A stretch of DNA of 44,255 bases from a virus (Duplodnaviria > Caudoviricetes). The notes under the pieces were generated by a model. The model made no database searches. It saw nothing but the letters and a program-made list of their open reading frames with translations, and was not told the origin of the DNA. Location of the stretch: positions 1-44,255 of the IMG/VR virus record IMGVR_UViG_3300027874_000157; one strand, given 5' to 3'. This document shows positions 1 through 9,619 of the stretch, one piece after another. The translations under genes were made by a program, and so were the position numbers. Within the stretch, counting starts at the first letter, position 1. Every line of letters begins with the position of its first letter.

Positions 1-268
1 CGTTGCCGGCCAAATTGGACGGGGCAGGGATGCGCTGCCCGTTGCTGGTGAACTCGTCCAGCAGTAGCCAGTTGCCGCTCGGATCGGTGGCTGGTCCGCC
101 AGCTGAGGCGATGACGCGGTAGTACAGCGTCGCCTCGTCGCCCACGCGCATGACCGGCCCGAACAGGCTGAAGCCCAGCCAGTGCTTGGTATCCGCCTGG
201 AACATGGCGTGATGCATGGGCAGGACCAACTCGCTGGTGCCCAGCGTGAACTCGGCGCCGCTGTTCGG
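1..268. repeat. Terminal overlap, left copy (circular assembly junction)
   Basis: 1-268 aligns without gaps to 43988-44255 with 9 substitutions, all synonymous in the minus-strand nozzle frame; the last 74 bp are identical. Confidence 0.95.
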
Positions 269-1624
269 AGCAAGCGGATTCTTGACCAGCTTGAACCAGT
301 CCCAACCGCCATCGGTGAAGCCGACGTACAGCCGGTCGGTGCCGCTGGCGCCCGAGACCGACATGGCCGAGATGGTGCGGTTGGGCCAGTGTGCGAGTGC
401 TCCGTCCCACTGATCGTCAAAGACCGCCTGCGCCCCGTCATCGGTCTCCTTCATCTCCCAGCTGCCGTAGCTGAGCAGGTAGCTGGTCGGCGGTGTGCCA
501 TCCACCTGGGTGAGCGGGTTGTAGATCCCCAGGAATGCCTGGTAGCCACCCCAGCCGGTCAGGACGCGGGCGTCACCCCGAACGGGTGAGGCGTTATCGA
601 GCAGCTGCCCAGGGCCGACTGGCGTCAGCTGCGCGCCTGGCATGTCCAGGCGGTAGAAGGTGGGCCCAGCGTTGAACCAGAGGGCGTTCAGCCACGCCTG
701 GGCGCGCAGACCGTTGCTGGCGTTCGGCGTCGAGGCGATACCTGGAAACAGGTCGTTGACCGAGCCGTCCGAGTTCAGCGTGTACAGCGTGCCATCCTGT
801 TTGAAGATGACCAGCGTCTGGCCTGTCTGGCGAATTGCGCTGATCGCCACACTCGGATCCCCGATGTAATACGGGCCTGACCAGTTGGCTGCGACCTTCG
901 GATCCGCGGTGACCTTGCGTACAACACTGTTGCCCCCATCAGCCGCCCATAGTTCAGTCCCGACAACCTCCAGATTGTTCGCAAAGAATCCCGATGGCAA
1001 AGCCGCCTGGGTCCACGTTCCAGCAGGCGTGCGCTCCCACAGCGCGCCGGTGCTGAGCGTGACGTACAGGCTCTTGGCTGCGCCCGAAAAGCCACCCTGG
1101 TAGATCGCTGCGTCCTGTAGCGTGGCGGGGGTGAAGTCCTTGTCCACAATCTGCCCCGCGGTGGTGTCATCCTGGCGGCGGTATGCCTTGGTACCGCTCA
1201 GGATGAACTGGGTCAGGGTGTTGGAGGCGGTGTTGAAGCCGTCGATGATGCGCACGACCGCGCCACCTGGCGCCGGACTGGGCATGATCGGGTGGATCAG
1301 TGGACCCTTGCCGAACAGGCCGCCCGAGACCCAGACGTCGATGCCCCAGTAGTAGCGGCGGTCTCCATAGCTGGTCTGGACCCGCTCGCCAAAGCCGCCA
1401 GACGGTCGGCACGTCCACGTCCGCTCGCGGTAGACCGGCGCCGAGCCGTACTCCTGCACACTCGGCACCACCTGATCGAGCATCTGCTGCTTCTTACCGA
1501 CCAACACACCCTTGTCCTGGCCGGGCACGAGCATCAGTCCGATGCGGTCCAGCTGGGAGCCCAGGATGCTGCCCATGCGCATGTGGTAGGGCCAGGGGCG
1601 TCGCTTCGAGGACAGCAGGCTCAC
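1..1624 (-). CDS. Tail nozzle / tail tube B-like protein (T7 gp12 / P22 gp10 position), 5' part; continues through the junction into 43987-43563
   Basis: Absent from the ORF track because it runs off the edge. GTG at 1624 overlaps the upstream TGA; the frame reads MSLLSSKRRPWPYHMRMGS... and joins the 43563..44216 ORF (1624+425=2049 nt, 682 aa). Beta-rich sequence and podovirus synteny. Confidence 0.7.
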   Translation of the reverse strand, partial: MSLLSSKRRPWPYHMRMGSILGSQLDRIGLMLVPGQDKGVLVGKKQQMLDQVVPSVQEYGSAPVYRERTWTCRPSGGFGERVQTSYGDRRYYWGIDVWVSGGLFGKGPLIHPIMPSPAPGGAVVRIIDGFNTASNTLTQFILSGTKAYRRQDDTTAGQIVDKDFTPATLQDAAIYQGGFSGAAKSLYVTLSTGALWERTPAGTWTQAALPSGFFANNLEVVGTELWAADGGNSVVRKVTADPKVAANWSGPYYIGDPSVAISAIRQTGQTLVIFKQDGTLYTLNSDGSVNDLFPGIASTPNASNGLRAQAWLNALWFNAGPTFYRLDMPGAQLTPVGPGQLLDNASPVRGDARVLTGWGGYQAFLGIYNPLTQVDGTPPTSYLLSYGSWEMKETDDGAQAVFDDQWDGALAHWPNRTISAMSVSGASGTDRLYVGFTDGGWDWFKLVKNPLAPNSGAEFTLGTSELVLPMHHAMFQADTKHWLGFSLFGPVMRVGDEATLYYRVIASAGGPATDPSGNWLLLDEFTSNGQRIPAPSNLAGN

Positions 1625-1896
1625 GGCAGCGCAGCTACCCCATTCGGTACGGGTTGCTTCAGCTTGATCTCGCCCGTCTCCCAGTCCACGTCCACGTCGC
1701 CATGCTTGCCTGGCGGAACCGCCATGCCCTCGTCGGCGCAGGCATCGGTGACTGCCTGGTTCAGCCGCTCGCGCAGCTTGTCGTGCGCCAGGATGGCGCC
1801 CTCGGCGGCCAGCTTGGCGCCTTCCATTTGCAGGAAGAGACCGCGCAGGCGGTTCAGCACACCAGGCCGCAGCGTGATCTCGGTGATCTCAGACAT
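1621..1896 (-). CDS. Hypothetical protein in the tail module
   Basis: MSEITEITLRPG...; translationally coupled to both neighbours. Confidence 0.7.
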   Translation of the reverse strand: MSEITEITLRPGVLNRLRGLFLQMEGAKLAAEGAILAHDKLRERLNQAVTDACADEGMAVPPGKHGDVDVDWETGEIKLKQPVPNGVAALP

Positions 1897-2185
1897 ACAG
1901 TCCTGCCAATCGACGGCTGAAGGTGCCCAGGTCACGTGCCTCGGTGATGACGTCCTTGCCCAGATAGATGTTCGCCAGGAGCGACAGGTCGTTGAAGGCG
2001 CTCTTTAGCACCGCGACGTCCATCGGCTCGTAGTTGAACGGAGGCTTGGTCAGATCGTCCTCGGTCATCGTGTCCAGCCACGCCTTGAACTTCAGGGCAT
2101 CCGGTGCCCACGCATCGACGGTGCGGCTGATCTGACCGCTCAGGAAGTCCACCTGATTCTTATCAACAACGTTGCCAACGCTCAC
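1889..2185 (-). CDS. Putative tail-fibre assembly chaperone (paralog of 20906-21157)
   Basis: 98 aa with AGGAGG RBS, directly after the tail fibre; shares WL..DL..PP....D...LK.A...L and TF..RL.GL with 20906-21157. Confidence 0.6.
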   Translation of the reverse strand: MSVGNVVDKNQVDFLSGQISRTVDAWAPDALKFKAWLDTMTEDDLTKPPFNYEPMDVAVLKSAFNDLSLLANIYLGKDVITEARDLGTFSRRLAGLYV

Positions 2186-2196
2186 GTAGTGCCCTC

Positions 2197-4251
2197 CTAG
2201 CCTGGGTACTGGTCGGTGGGGATGAAGTACATGTCGAAGTACAGCGTGCCGCCACCGAAAGACGCCGTCGCGGCCTGGGCGGTTAGCTGCTGACCGTTAC
2301 TGAGCACCCCCTGCCAGAAGTCGCCAGCGCTCGGGCTACCCGAGATTGCGCCGCCCGCGTCGAGGTGCCAGAAGTACCCGTTGAAGCCGCTGATCACGCC
2401 GCCCCCGCTCAGCACACGCGCACCGCAAGCTGGGCCGTGGACTGTGGCGCGAGCGATAGCCACCCACTGGCCGGTGCGGTTGGCTGTAAGTGCGCAGAGC
2501 GCCGTCGAAGTGCCCCAGCCGTCGCCACCGTTCGGAATCGCTGCTGACGTTGCCAGGTGGTCTAAAGCTGGAGGGCCGATTGAAGTCGCAGGCCACCAGC
2601 GCAAGTAGTTGTCGCTGTTGATCATGCCGGCGATGTACTGCGGCTTGCCACCCTGGACGTCGGCGGTCATGTTGATGTACTGGGTGCGGATGTACCCATT
2701 GGCGTCCCGCTGGACCATGTAGTTGCCGCCGAAGCTGCTCGAACTGTAGGTGAAGTGGCCCGAGTGCCAGAGGGTGTAGCCGCTGGGGTACTGCTTCGGG
2801 CCGCCCGCATCGAACGAGATGCCGTAGCCGCAAGCCTGGTTGTAGATGCCATAGCCGTTGGTGTTGACGCGGAACCAATCGTTTGTGTACGGACCACCGG
2901 CGAAAGTCCCCGACCCATTCACGGTCAGAGTGCTACTCACGGTCAGCGTGCTCAGCGTTGCGGCACCAGTCACACTCAGAGTGCCCGCGACGCTGGTGTT
3001 GCCGCTGGTGTCCACTGAGAAGCGACTCGTCAACGAGAGCGCCCCCGTGCCTGCCGCCGAAGTCATGAGGTTGAGGCCGCTGGAATCCGTCCGAACGACA
3101 GACGAAGCCGCAGTCGTATCCCAGCGCTGCCAGGCGGCGCCGTCCCAGTAGGCATTGCCGTCAAGGAAGCCACCGGCCTTGCCGCCCGCGAAGGCGTACT
3201 GGCCTGAGGACTCCAGGCTGAAGCTGCCCGTACCTGCTGGCTTGAGTTGCGCCCCGCCGGCCAGGTTCAGGTTGCGGCCCAGGTTCAGGTCGCGTGCGCG
3301 GCTGTCCGCTGCGTTGCCGATGTCGTAGGTCGAATCCGGCGCAAACGTGAGCGTCTGGCCGAGCGGCAGGGTGATGCCCGAGGGGGCTGGTGCGAGCCAG
3401 GACGCGTCGTAGTTGGTGGCGGTGTTCTTGGTCAGGATCTGACCAGCGGTGCCGCCTGTGGGCACGCCCTGGCCGGGTGGCCCCTGGGTGCCAGTCGCAC
3501 CGGTTGGCCCAGCTGGACCCGTGCTACCTGGCGGACCGGTCGGTCCGACCGGTCCTCGGATGTTGGTGCTGGTCTGGCCCCAGCCAGCTGGGTTGGTGTT
3601 CTGCCAGACGTCGCCATCGGTCTCCAGGTACATGTCGCCTGGCCTGCCGAGGGTAGTGGCCGGCGGCGCGGCAGAGCCGGTGTACCACTGGGCTGCGGTG
3701 GCCCCCTCCGTCAGCAGCGACACCTCGATGTCGGTGCCGCTGTTGGGGATCGTCCCGCCGCCATCCAGATAGGCGACCGAATAAGAGAAGTACGTGCCGT
3801 GGTTGGTGCCCGCGGCCAGGATGTCGAACCTGGCCCAGCGCGAGGCGTCCGTCTTCTGCGCCAGGCGGAAGTCATCGCCCGCCTTGATCGACGCCAGGAA
3901 TGCGGACGTGTCGATGTTGCCCGAGCGCATGATCTGGATGTTGAGGACGGTCGCGGTTGTCCAGGTCCCCGTATCGGTGCGCACCTGGCTCGTATTCGGC
4001 GGCAGGGGCGTCTGGTTACTCCATGTCCAGGTGCCGCTGTAGACGGCGTTTGCCGCGCCAGGCTCGCCTTGCTCGCCCTGTGGGCCAGGCGGACCAGGTG
4101 GACCAGGCACGGTGCTGTCATCGCCTTGCGGACCCTGGGGGCCAGGCGGACCCTGGGGACCCTGAGGACCAGCTGGGCCTGGCGGACCCTGCGACCAGGT
4201 CGGGGGCAGCGGCTCGCTGCCGACTGCGTTCCAGTTCACAACGGTGTTCAT
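2197..4251 (-). CDS. Tail fibre / receptor-binding protein with collagen-like Gly-X-Y segments
   Basis: Likely start MNTVVNW at 4251, coupled to the adaptor stop. [10 protein letters not shown] runs, [13 protein letters not shown] motif, G/S/T-rich beta repeats, VQRDANGYI motif; C-terminal domain paralogous to 42365-42979. Confidence 0.85.
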   Translation of the reverse strand: MNTVVNWNAVGSEPLPPTWSQGPPGPAGPQGPQGPPGPQGPQGDDSTVPGPPGPPGPQGEQGEPGAANAVYSGTWTWSNQTPLPPNTSQVRTDTGTWTTATVLNIQIMRSGNIDTSAFLASIKAGDDFRLAQKTDASRWARFDILAAGTNHGTYFSYSVAYLDGGGTIPNSGTDIEVSLLTEGATAAQWYTGSAAPPATTLGRPGDMYLETDGDVWQNTNPAGWGQTSTNIRGPVGPTGPPGSTGPAGPTGATGTQGPPGQGVPTGGTAGQILTKNTATNYDASWLAPAPSGITLPLGQTLTFAPDSTYDIGNAADSRARDLNLGRNLNLAGGAQLKPAGTGSFSLESSGQYAFAGGKAGGFLDGNAYWDGAAWQRWDTTAASSVVRTDSSGLNLMTSAAGTGALSLTSRFSVDTSGNTSVAGTLSVTGAATLSTLTVSSTLTVNGSGTFAGGPYTNDWFRVNTNGYGIYNQACGYGISFDAGGPKQYPSGYTLWHSGHFTYSSSSFGGNYMVQRDANGYIRTQYINMTADVQGGKPQYIAGMINSDNYLRWWPATSIGPPALDHLATSAAIPNGGDGWGTSTALCALTANRTGQWVAIARATVHGPACGARVLSGGGVISGFNGYFWHLDAGGAISGSPSAGDFWQGVLSNGQQLTAQAATASFGGGTLYFDMYFIPTDQYPG

Positions 4252-5129
4252 ATCGGCAGACTCACAACTTGGTTGAAGCGGACGTCGCTGCTCGGCTCCG
4301 GACCCCAGATCATGGACTGACGGGTGAACTCCCGCGCCGCCATCTCCTGGGTGGCTTGCAGGTTGTCCTGGGCCGCGGCGAACATGCGGCCTGGCAGGAT
4401 GTGCCAGGCTTCGATGTGCCCAGCTGACGCACCGTAGTCGATGTCGACCAGCAGCTGGTCGGTGTCGTTGGTTGGGCCATCCGCGTCGTACGTGCCGTTG
4501 ACCCAGTTGAAGTGCGGGTACAGCGCAGTGATCCACACGCTGGTCGGCGCGTAGCTGCCCCAACCCGCCAGCATGACGTGCCCGTCCTGCATGATCGCCT
4601 CGAAGGGCGCCTCGGCAATCGGGCGGTAATAGCCGTACTGCACCCGCAGCACCTGGCCTGGATCGGTGATCCACGGCTGCTGGACGGTCAGGTCCATGTC
4701 GCCATAGGCGCTGGTGACCGAGGCGCCGAAGCGCTGCGGAAAGAAGCACCGCCGCAGGCCCGCCAGCACCGCTCTGCGCAACTCCTGGGTCGGGTTCAGG
4801 TGGGTGAAGTCGGCCAGTTCGTTGGGCTGCATTGGGTCACGCCAGTTGCGGTCCACCAGCACCCGTCCAGCGCCCGAGTCGAACGCCTGGACCAGTCGCT
4901 CGTGGTCAGCTGCCTGAACCGCATTCGGCGTCGCGGTGCCGTCCGCTCGCACCCCGCGGCGGATCAGCCACAGGTTCTCTGGCCCGCCCAGCACCGCGTT
5001 GGTCTTGAGCGTGGGCATGATGGCGCTGGTGGTTGTCGAGGACGTCGGGACGCCCGAGTCCTGGGCCGCCTGGAAAAACGGCCCGGTCCTGCGGGCGACC
5101 TCCTGCTCCAGCTGCGCGTAGGTGATCAC
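4248..5129 (-). CDS. Putative head-tail adaptor (T7 gp11 / P22 gp4 position)
   Basis: 293 aa between the head genes and the fibre/nozzle genes; function assigned by synteny only. Confidence 0.55.
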   Translation of the reverse strand: MITYAQLEQEVARRTGPFFQAAQDSGVPTSSTTTSAIMPTLKTNAVLGGPENLWLIRRGVRADGTATPNAVQAADHERLVQAFDSGAGRVLVDRNWRDPMQPNELADFTHLNPTQELRRAVLAGLRRCFFPQRFGASVTSAYGDMDLTVQQPWITDPGQVLRVQYGYYRPIAEAPFEAIMQDGHVMLAGWGSYAPTSVWITALYPHFNWVNGTYDADGPTNDTDQLLVDIDYGASAGHIEAWHILPGRMFAAAQDNLQATQEMAAREFTRQSMIWGPEPSSDVRFNQVVSLPI

Positions 5130-5326
5130 GCCGCTGGCGGTGCCTGGAACACCTGTGGCGGCGGCGGACCGTCCAGCAGTTCGGCCTTGCCCTCGAGCAG
5201 CAGCGACTTGATGTACTCGTAGTCCGCCTCGACGTAGTCAGTCTCGTGCCCAGGCCCGTAGGTGGTGGCGGGATGATCTGGCCGCGGGTCCACCGAAAAG
5301 GCCAGGAAGCGCAGACGCGGCATCAC
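5126..5326 (-). CDS. Small virion-module protein
   Basis: 66 aa, overlapping start/stop with both neighbours. Confidence 0.65.
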   Translation of the reverse strand: MMPRLRFLAFSVDPRPDHPATTYGPGHETDYVEADYEYIKSLLLEGKAELLDGPPPPQVFQAPPAA

Positions 5327-5565
5327 TTCCTCTCCCGCTTGGACTCTTCCTTCGGAGCAGGCGCCTCGGCGCGCTCTACACGAGCGCTGAAGACACCCCC
5401 CTCGGCGGCTTTGATCGCTGCCTGCTCGTCATCGATAGACAGCGCCTTGCCATCGGCGCGCCAGTCGCGGAACACCTCGTCATCCACGTCCACCTCGGTG
5501 CCCGCGGCGAAGTTCTCGCCGGTCTTCGGGTGAGTCAGCGGCACGAGCGTACGGATCTTGGGCAT
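5323..5565 (-). CDS. Small virion-module protein
   Basis: MPKIRTLVPLTHPKTGE...; coupled to neighbours; typical position after the capsid gene. Confidence 0.7.
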   Translation of the reverse strand: MPKIRTLVPLTHPKTGENFAAGTEVDVDDEVFRDWRADGKALSIDDEQAAIKAAEGGVFSARVERAEAPAPKEESKRERK

Positions 5566-5702
5566 CACTTCTTACCCTTCTTCTCGGTGCCTTTGATCTT
5601 GCCCGCGTTCTGGGAGGCGTAGAAGACGCTCTTGCCCTTTTTGTCTCCGTACTCCTCCTTCATGTTCTCGAGGATCTTCTGGCCTTTTTTGGTCAGCGGC
5701 AT
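5565..5702 (-). CDS. Small basic protein (45 aa)
   Basis: Below the ORF-track cut-off: MPLTKKGQKILENMKEEYGDKKGKSVFYASQNAGKIKGTEKKGKK, preceded by AGGAGG. Confidence 0.75.
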   Translation of the reverse strand: MPLTKKGQKILENMKEEYGDKKGKSVFYASQNAGKIKGTEKKGKK

Positions 5703-5711
5703 AGTCGCCTC

Positions 5712-6140
5712 CTATGCGGTGGTGAACGTGGCGTCTGGAGTGAGCGTGGTGTAGCTGCCGACCGTCACCGAGATGCGGTAGTGGTAGAGCGTGGCGGTTG
5801 TCAGACCCGTCAGGTTGGCGACGATGGCGCCACTGCCCGAGGCGGGCGTAGCGGCCTGGTTGGAGCCGTACGCCGTGGTCGTACCGTAGTTCACCACCAT
5901 GCCAGTGCACGGCTGGTCGACAGTCCAGTTGATCGTCGCCGTGGTCGCGGCAATCGGCGTCACGCGGATCTGACGCACGTCTGAGCCCTGCAACGCCGCC
6001 TTGCCCGAGGCAATCAGGGCCCTGACGAACGCCTCGTCCGTCAGGTTTGCCTGATGATTCTTGCCGTAGTACGTGGTGGCAGTCACCGAGTCCTGGGCTG
6101 GCGCCATGAAGATGACGTTCGACACGTCAGCCCTCACCAC
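5712..6140 (-). CDS. Capsid decoration-like protein with an FN3/Ig-like domain
   Basis: ATINWT..., V.YGTTTAYG, LTGL...TLYHYRI, TFTT are fibronectin type III hallmarks; immediately follows the capsid gene. Confidence 0.7.
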   Translation of the reverse strand: MVRADVSNVIFMAPAQDSVTATTYYGKNHQANLTDEAFVRALIASGKAALQGSDVRQIRVTPIAATTATINWTVDQPCTGMVVNYGTTTAYGSNQAATPASGSGAIVANLTGLTTATLYHYRISVTVGSYTTLTPDATFTTA

Positions 6141-7134
6141 CAGTGCTGGCCTTTTGCTGCACCACCGCGAACGGGTAGCGGTTGGCTTTGGTCTGTTGCT
6201 GGCGGTTGATCGGGTTGGGGATGGCCCAGGCGAACCGAGCGGTCACCCTGAGCGCAACCATGTCTTGCTGCATCAGGTTGTACTGAATGACCGGCGGCGA
6301 GCCATTGTCTGTGATCACGCCGGTGTCGAACATCTCCATGCTGATGTCATCTCTGACCGCCAGCATGCTCTGGTCCCACTGGCCCATGATCATCGAGTAG
6401 TTGGCCGCGCCCGTGGCAAACCCGGACAGACCAGCGTTCGAGAAGACTACCTTTTCGCCGTACAGCGAGCCGGTGTTGACCGACGCGTTCGGCGGGGTGT
6501 CCGGCAGGAACAGCAGACCCTTGGTGGTATCCCGCAAACCGCGCAGCTTGGCCTTGACCTGGCGGCGTGCCCAGAAGCCGGTCACGTCGAAACCGTCCGC
6601 CTCGACAGCTGCCATGGCGTTGTTGACGTCATCCAGGTAGTCCACCGTCGAGGTGCCGGCGATGACCAGGTTGCCCGCGCTGTTGGCGCCGGTGACCAGG
6701 GCTGGCGGGAAGGTGGTCGGGGCGTTCACGCCGAAGAACACCGCCTCGTCCAGGGCTACGCCGAACGCCTCTGTGACCTTGGGTTTGACCTGGGTCCAGA
6801 AGTCGTAGTCCATGTCCTCGAGCAGGTTCTTGGCAATCGGGACGATGACCGCCATCTCTTCAGCGTTGAGGTACACGTTGTCCCAGGCCAGGGTGGTGGT
6901 CTGCTTCATGCCGATGTCGCGGGCGTCCAGGCTGGCACCGGTGATCCAGTACGCCACGGGCAGCTGCGACATGACCGGGATGCGCTGCTGGGCTCGCTTC
7001 ATGCGCACATGCGGCATCAGCTGGAGCGCAGCGCTTTTTTCTTCTACGGACTGGACGATCTCGCGTTGGACGTCCTCGGGGATCAGCGGCCCGGAACCTG
7101 GGGTCGCTCTTGTGGCGATTGAGTTGTATGGCAC
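6127..7134 (-). CDS. Major capsid protein (HK97 fold)
   Basis: 335 aa; LIPEDV..EI..SV...SA, P..AYW, MAVIVPI...LLED, D.AVFFG, Q.DMVALRVT.R are typical of phage major capsid proteins. Confidence 0.92.
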   Translation of the reverse strand: MPYNSIATRATPGSGPLIPEDVQREIVQSVEEKSAALQLMPHVRMKRAQQRIPVMSQLPVAYWITGASLDARDIGMKQTTTLAWDNVYLNAEEMAVIVPIAKNLLEDMDYDFWTQVKPKVTEAFGVALDEAVFFGVNAPTTFPPALVTGANSAGNLVIAGTSTVDYLDDVNNAMAAVEADGFDVTGFWARRQVKAKLRGLRDTTKGLLFLPDTPPNASVNTGSLYGEKVVFSNAGLSGFATGAANYSMIMGQWDQSMLAVRDDISMEMFDTGVITDNGSPPVIQYNLMQQDMVALRVTARFAWAIPNPINRQQQTKANRYPFAVVQQKASTGGEG

Positions 7135-7163
7135 CTCGGCTCTCCTGGGGGCCGAGGCTTACC

Positions 7164-7895
7164 TCAGCCCATGTGGTAGTGCTTCCTCAGGAGAGCCGAC
7201 ACGGTGCGGTCGGATTCGGATGCGCTGATGGGAGGCAACAGGTCGGGCTCAACGGTCTGGCCGCGGGCCTCCGCGAGCAGCTGCTTGCGGAATGCCTGAT
7301 TGCGCCGCAGACGCTGCTCGGCGTCCTTGGCCCCTTCGGCTCTCCAGTGTTTTTCCAGCGCCTGGAGCGCTTCATCCACAACCAGCTTGCGCCCCACCAG
7401 TCCAGTACCTGCACCGTCGATCTTGCGGATCCGCTCCTGCTCTGCCTTGGGCAGTGCCAGGAACAACGGGTCAATGCTGATCTTGTCGTGCTCAACGCCG
7501 ATGTTGCCCAGGAAGTCCTGGAGCGCCTGGTTGCCTTCGTTCTGCTTCTCGGCCTTGCGCTCTTCCTCGGCGTATGCCCAGGGGTCGGAATCCCGCAGCT
7601 GGCGCCTGCGTTCGACATTCTGCGTCTGTGCCCGCTTCGCCTCGCGGCGATCAGTCTCGGCCTGAATGCGGCGGTCTAACTCGTCCTGGGTCAGCGTCAG
7701 GGTTGACGATGCGTTCTCGGCAGCTGAGTCCGGGCTCGATTCGGCAGGATCCGCGTCGCCTCGGCGCAGGAACATGCGCTGCCACCAATGCGGGGAAGAA
7801 TCCTTCGACTCTGGCTCGACCGAACTCGGCTCGGATGCGCTGGCATCAACAGCCTGCGGTTCCGCAGAAGGAGTGTTTGGTTGTTCGTCGGCCAT
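7164..7895 (-). CDS. Capsid scaffolding protein
   Basis: Acidic N-terminus, TQDELDRRIQ.E motif, coiled-coil character, directly upstream of the capsid gene. Confidence 0.7.
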   Translation of the reverse strand: MADEQPNTPSAEPQAVDASASEPSSVEPESKDSSPHWWQRMFLRRGDADPAESSPDSAAENASSTLTLTQDELDRRIQAETDRREAKRAQTQNVERRRQLRDSDPWAYAEEERKAEKQNEGNQALQDFLGNIGVEHDKISIDPLFLALPKAEQERIRKIDGAGTGLVGRKLVVDEALQALEKHWRAEGAKDAEQRLRRNQAFRKQLLAEARGQTVEPDLLPPISASESDRTVSALLRKHYHMG

Positions 7896-7918
7896 CGTAG
7901 TGCTCGAGTCTCCTTAGA

Positions 7919-9619
7919 TCAAGACGGAAATGCGTACTGGGATGACAGCCAGGGGTTGTTGAAGCTGGTGCCCGTGCCGGCGCCCCAGGTCGGCGGCCTG
8001 GGACGCGTGCCCAGGTACACCGGCGAGTTGGGATCGACCGTGCCAGCCATGCCCGCCATCGGCGCCAGAGCATTGCCCGCGGGGGTCGGGCCCATCGACT
8101 GGTCGGCCCGCTGCCAGCCGCCGCCCTGGTCTTGCGGCTGGCCCTGGCCCTGGCCCTGAACGGTCACCGTGACCGCCGGCTGGCCCTGGCCCTGATTCGG
8201 CTGAGGCGCTGGCTGCGGCGCTGGCGCAGGCTGGGGTGCCGCCCAGTTGGTGCGCGCCAGACCAGCTGCGATGTCGGTGCCCTGGTAATTGGGGGTCGGC
8301 TGACCGGTCATCGCAGCTGCGGTGGGTGAGATGTACTTCAGCGCATCGGCCACCGCGGCCTGCTGCATGCCCTGGATGTCGGGCATCTTGTAGAACGCGG
8401 CGTTGCTGAAGTCGACGCCCCGCAGGTTGCCCTGCTTGGCGACCTGATTGGCGACCTCCGCGGCGCGTGGCCCGACCATGTACGGCGCCTGGGCCTGGTA
8501 CGCCTGGGTGACGTTCTGGGCGGCCTGGAGCGCCTGCCCGTACGCGGTTGACCGAGCGCTGGCCTGGTCCTTGGCCTGGTCGGCAATCGCCTGCTGCTGG
8601 GCGGCAATCAGCGAGTCCTGATAGGGCTGGACGTTCTGGTCGTACCAGCCGTTGAAGTCCTTGAGCGCCTGGTCGTGGGTGTAGTCGGTGCCGTTGACCT
8701 TGGCGTTCAGTTCGGCCATCTTGGCATTCGCAGCTGCCTGGATCTGACCTTTACGCGCCTCCACCTCGGCCAGCGTCTTGGGCACGTAGCCCTGGCGCAT
8801 CTGCTCGGTGATCTGGCCGCTGGGCGCCTGGGTGGCGTACGTCGGGCCCTGGCCCAGGTCGACAATGCTGGGCTGCTTCGCCTTCTGCTTCAGGTCGGCG
8901 ACCTGTTGCTCGGCCAGGTCGGCCTGGGCGCCGGCCAGACCCGCCCGTGCAATCGCCTCCTTGATCTCGGAGGGGGTCTTGTCTACCAGCGCCTGGGCCT
9001 GCGCATTGGTCAGCCCGGTCTCGGCACCGGTCTTGGTGGTCTGCGCGCCGAGCAGCGTGGTCTGGGCGCCGATCTGGCCGACACGCGCCGCGGACTCCTT
9101 GATGTCCTGCTCAACCTTGGCCGCATCAACCTTGTCCTTGGCGTCCTGGGCCTTTTGCTTGATGTCGAACTGGCGAATGTTTTCCTTCAGCTGGTCTTCG
9201 CTGACGCCCGTCTGGCGGGCGTCGTTTTGCATCTTCGCCAGTTCCGCGTCGGTGGCGTAGCCCTTGCCCAGGTCCGAGTTCTTCTGACGCTCGTTACGCA
9301 GGGCTTCCTTGTCCTGCCGATCAACAGCCTTGGTAACCAGCGCGTCCGGGTTGGGGTTCAGCACCACCCGACCGTTGCCCTGGTCATCCACCGTGAAGTA
9401 GCCCGAGTCCGCCGAGCCGTACACCGTGGTCTTGGGCGCGTCAGACTTGAAGTTCAGGTTCTCGTCGTAGTGCAGCTGGTCCTTGTCATCGAACCAGGCG
9501 ACGTACTTCTGGTCGGGGGGTGCGGACACGCCGCGGGCGTGCGGATCCTGCCCGGCCAGGAGGCGGGCCATCAGGGCAGATGAAGCTGCGGATTGTTCGG
9601 CTGGGGTTGGGTCTGCCAT
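7919..9619 (-). CDS. Putative internal virion / DNA ejection protein
   Basis: 566 aa, A/Q-rich and helical, adjacent to the giant ejection protein. Confidence 0.6.
   Translation of the reverse strand: MADPTPAEQSAASSALMARLLAGQDPHARGVSAPPDQKYVAWFDDKDQLHYDENLNFKSDAPKTTVYGSADSGYFTVDDQGNGRVVLNPNPDALVTKAVDRQDKEALRNERQKNSDLGKGYATDAELAKMQNDARQTGVSEDQLKENIRQFDIKQKAQDAKDKVDAAKVEQDIKESAARVGQIGAQTTLLGAQTTKTGAETGLTNAQAQALVDKTPSEIKEAIARAGLAGAQADLAEQQVADLKQKAKQPSIVDLGQGPTYATQAPSGQITEQMRQGYVPKTLAEVEARKGQIQAAANAKMAELNAKVNGTDYTHDQALKDFNGWYDQNVQPYQDSLIAAQQQAIADQAKDQASARSTAYGQALQAAQNVTQAYQAQAPYMVGPRAAEVANQVAKQGNLRGVDFSNAAFYKMPDIQGMQQAAVADALKYISPTAAAMTGQPTPNYQGTDIAAGLARTNWAAPQPAPAPQPAPQPNQGQGQPAVTVTVQGQGQGQPQDQGGGWQRADQSMGPTPAGNALAPMAGMAGTVDPNSPVYLGTRPRPPTWGAGTGTSFNNPWLSSQYAFPS

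Noticed and set aside
2197-2570. Diversity-generating retroelement (VR/TR pair) between the two similar fibre tips
   Set aside because: Differences are not adenine-specific, include indels, both copies are coding, and no reverse transcriptase is present.
3460-4200. Collagen-like Gly-X-Y repeats as a novel repeat system
   Set aside because: A common, well-known feature of phage tail fibres.
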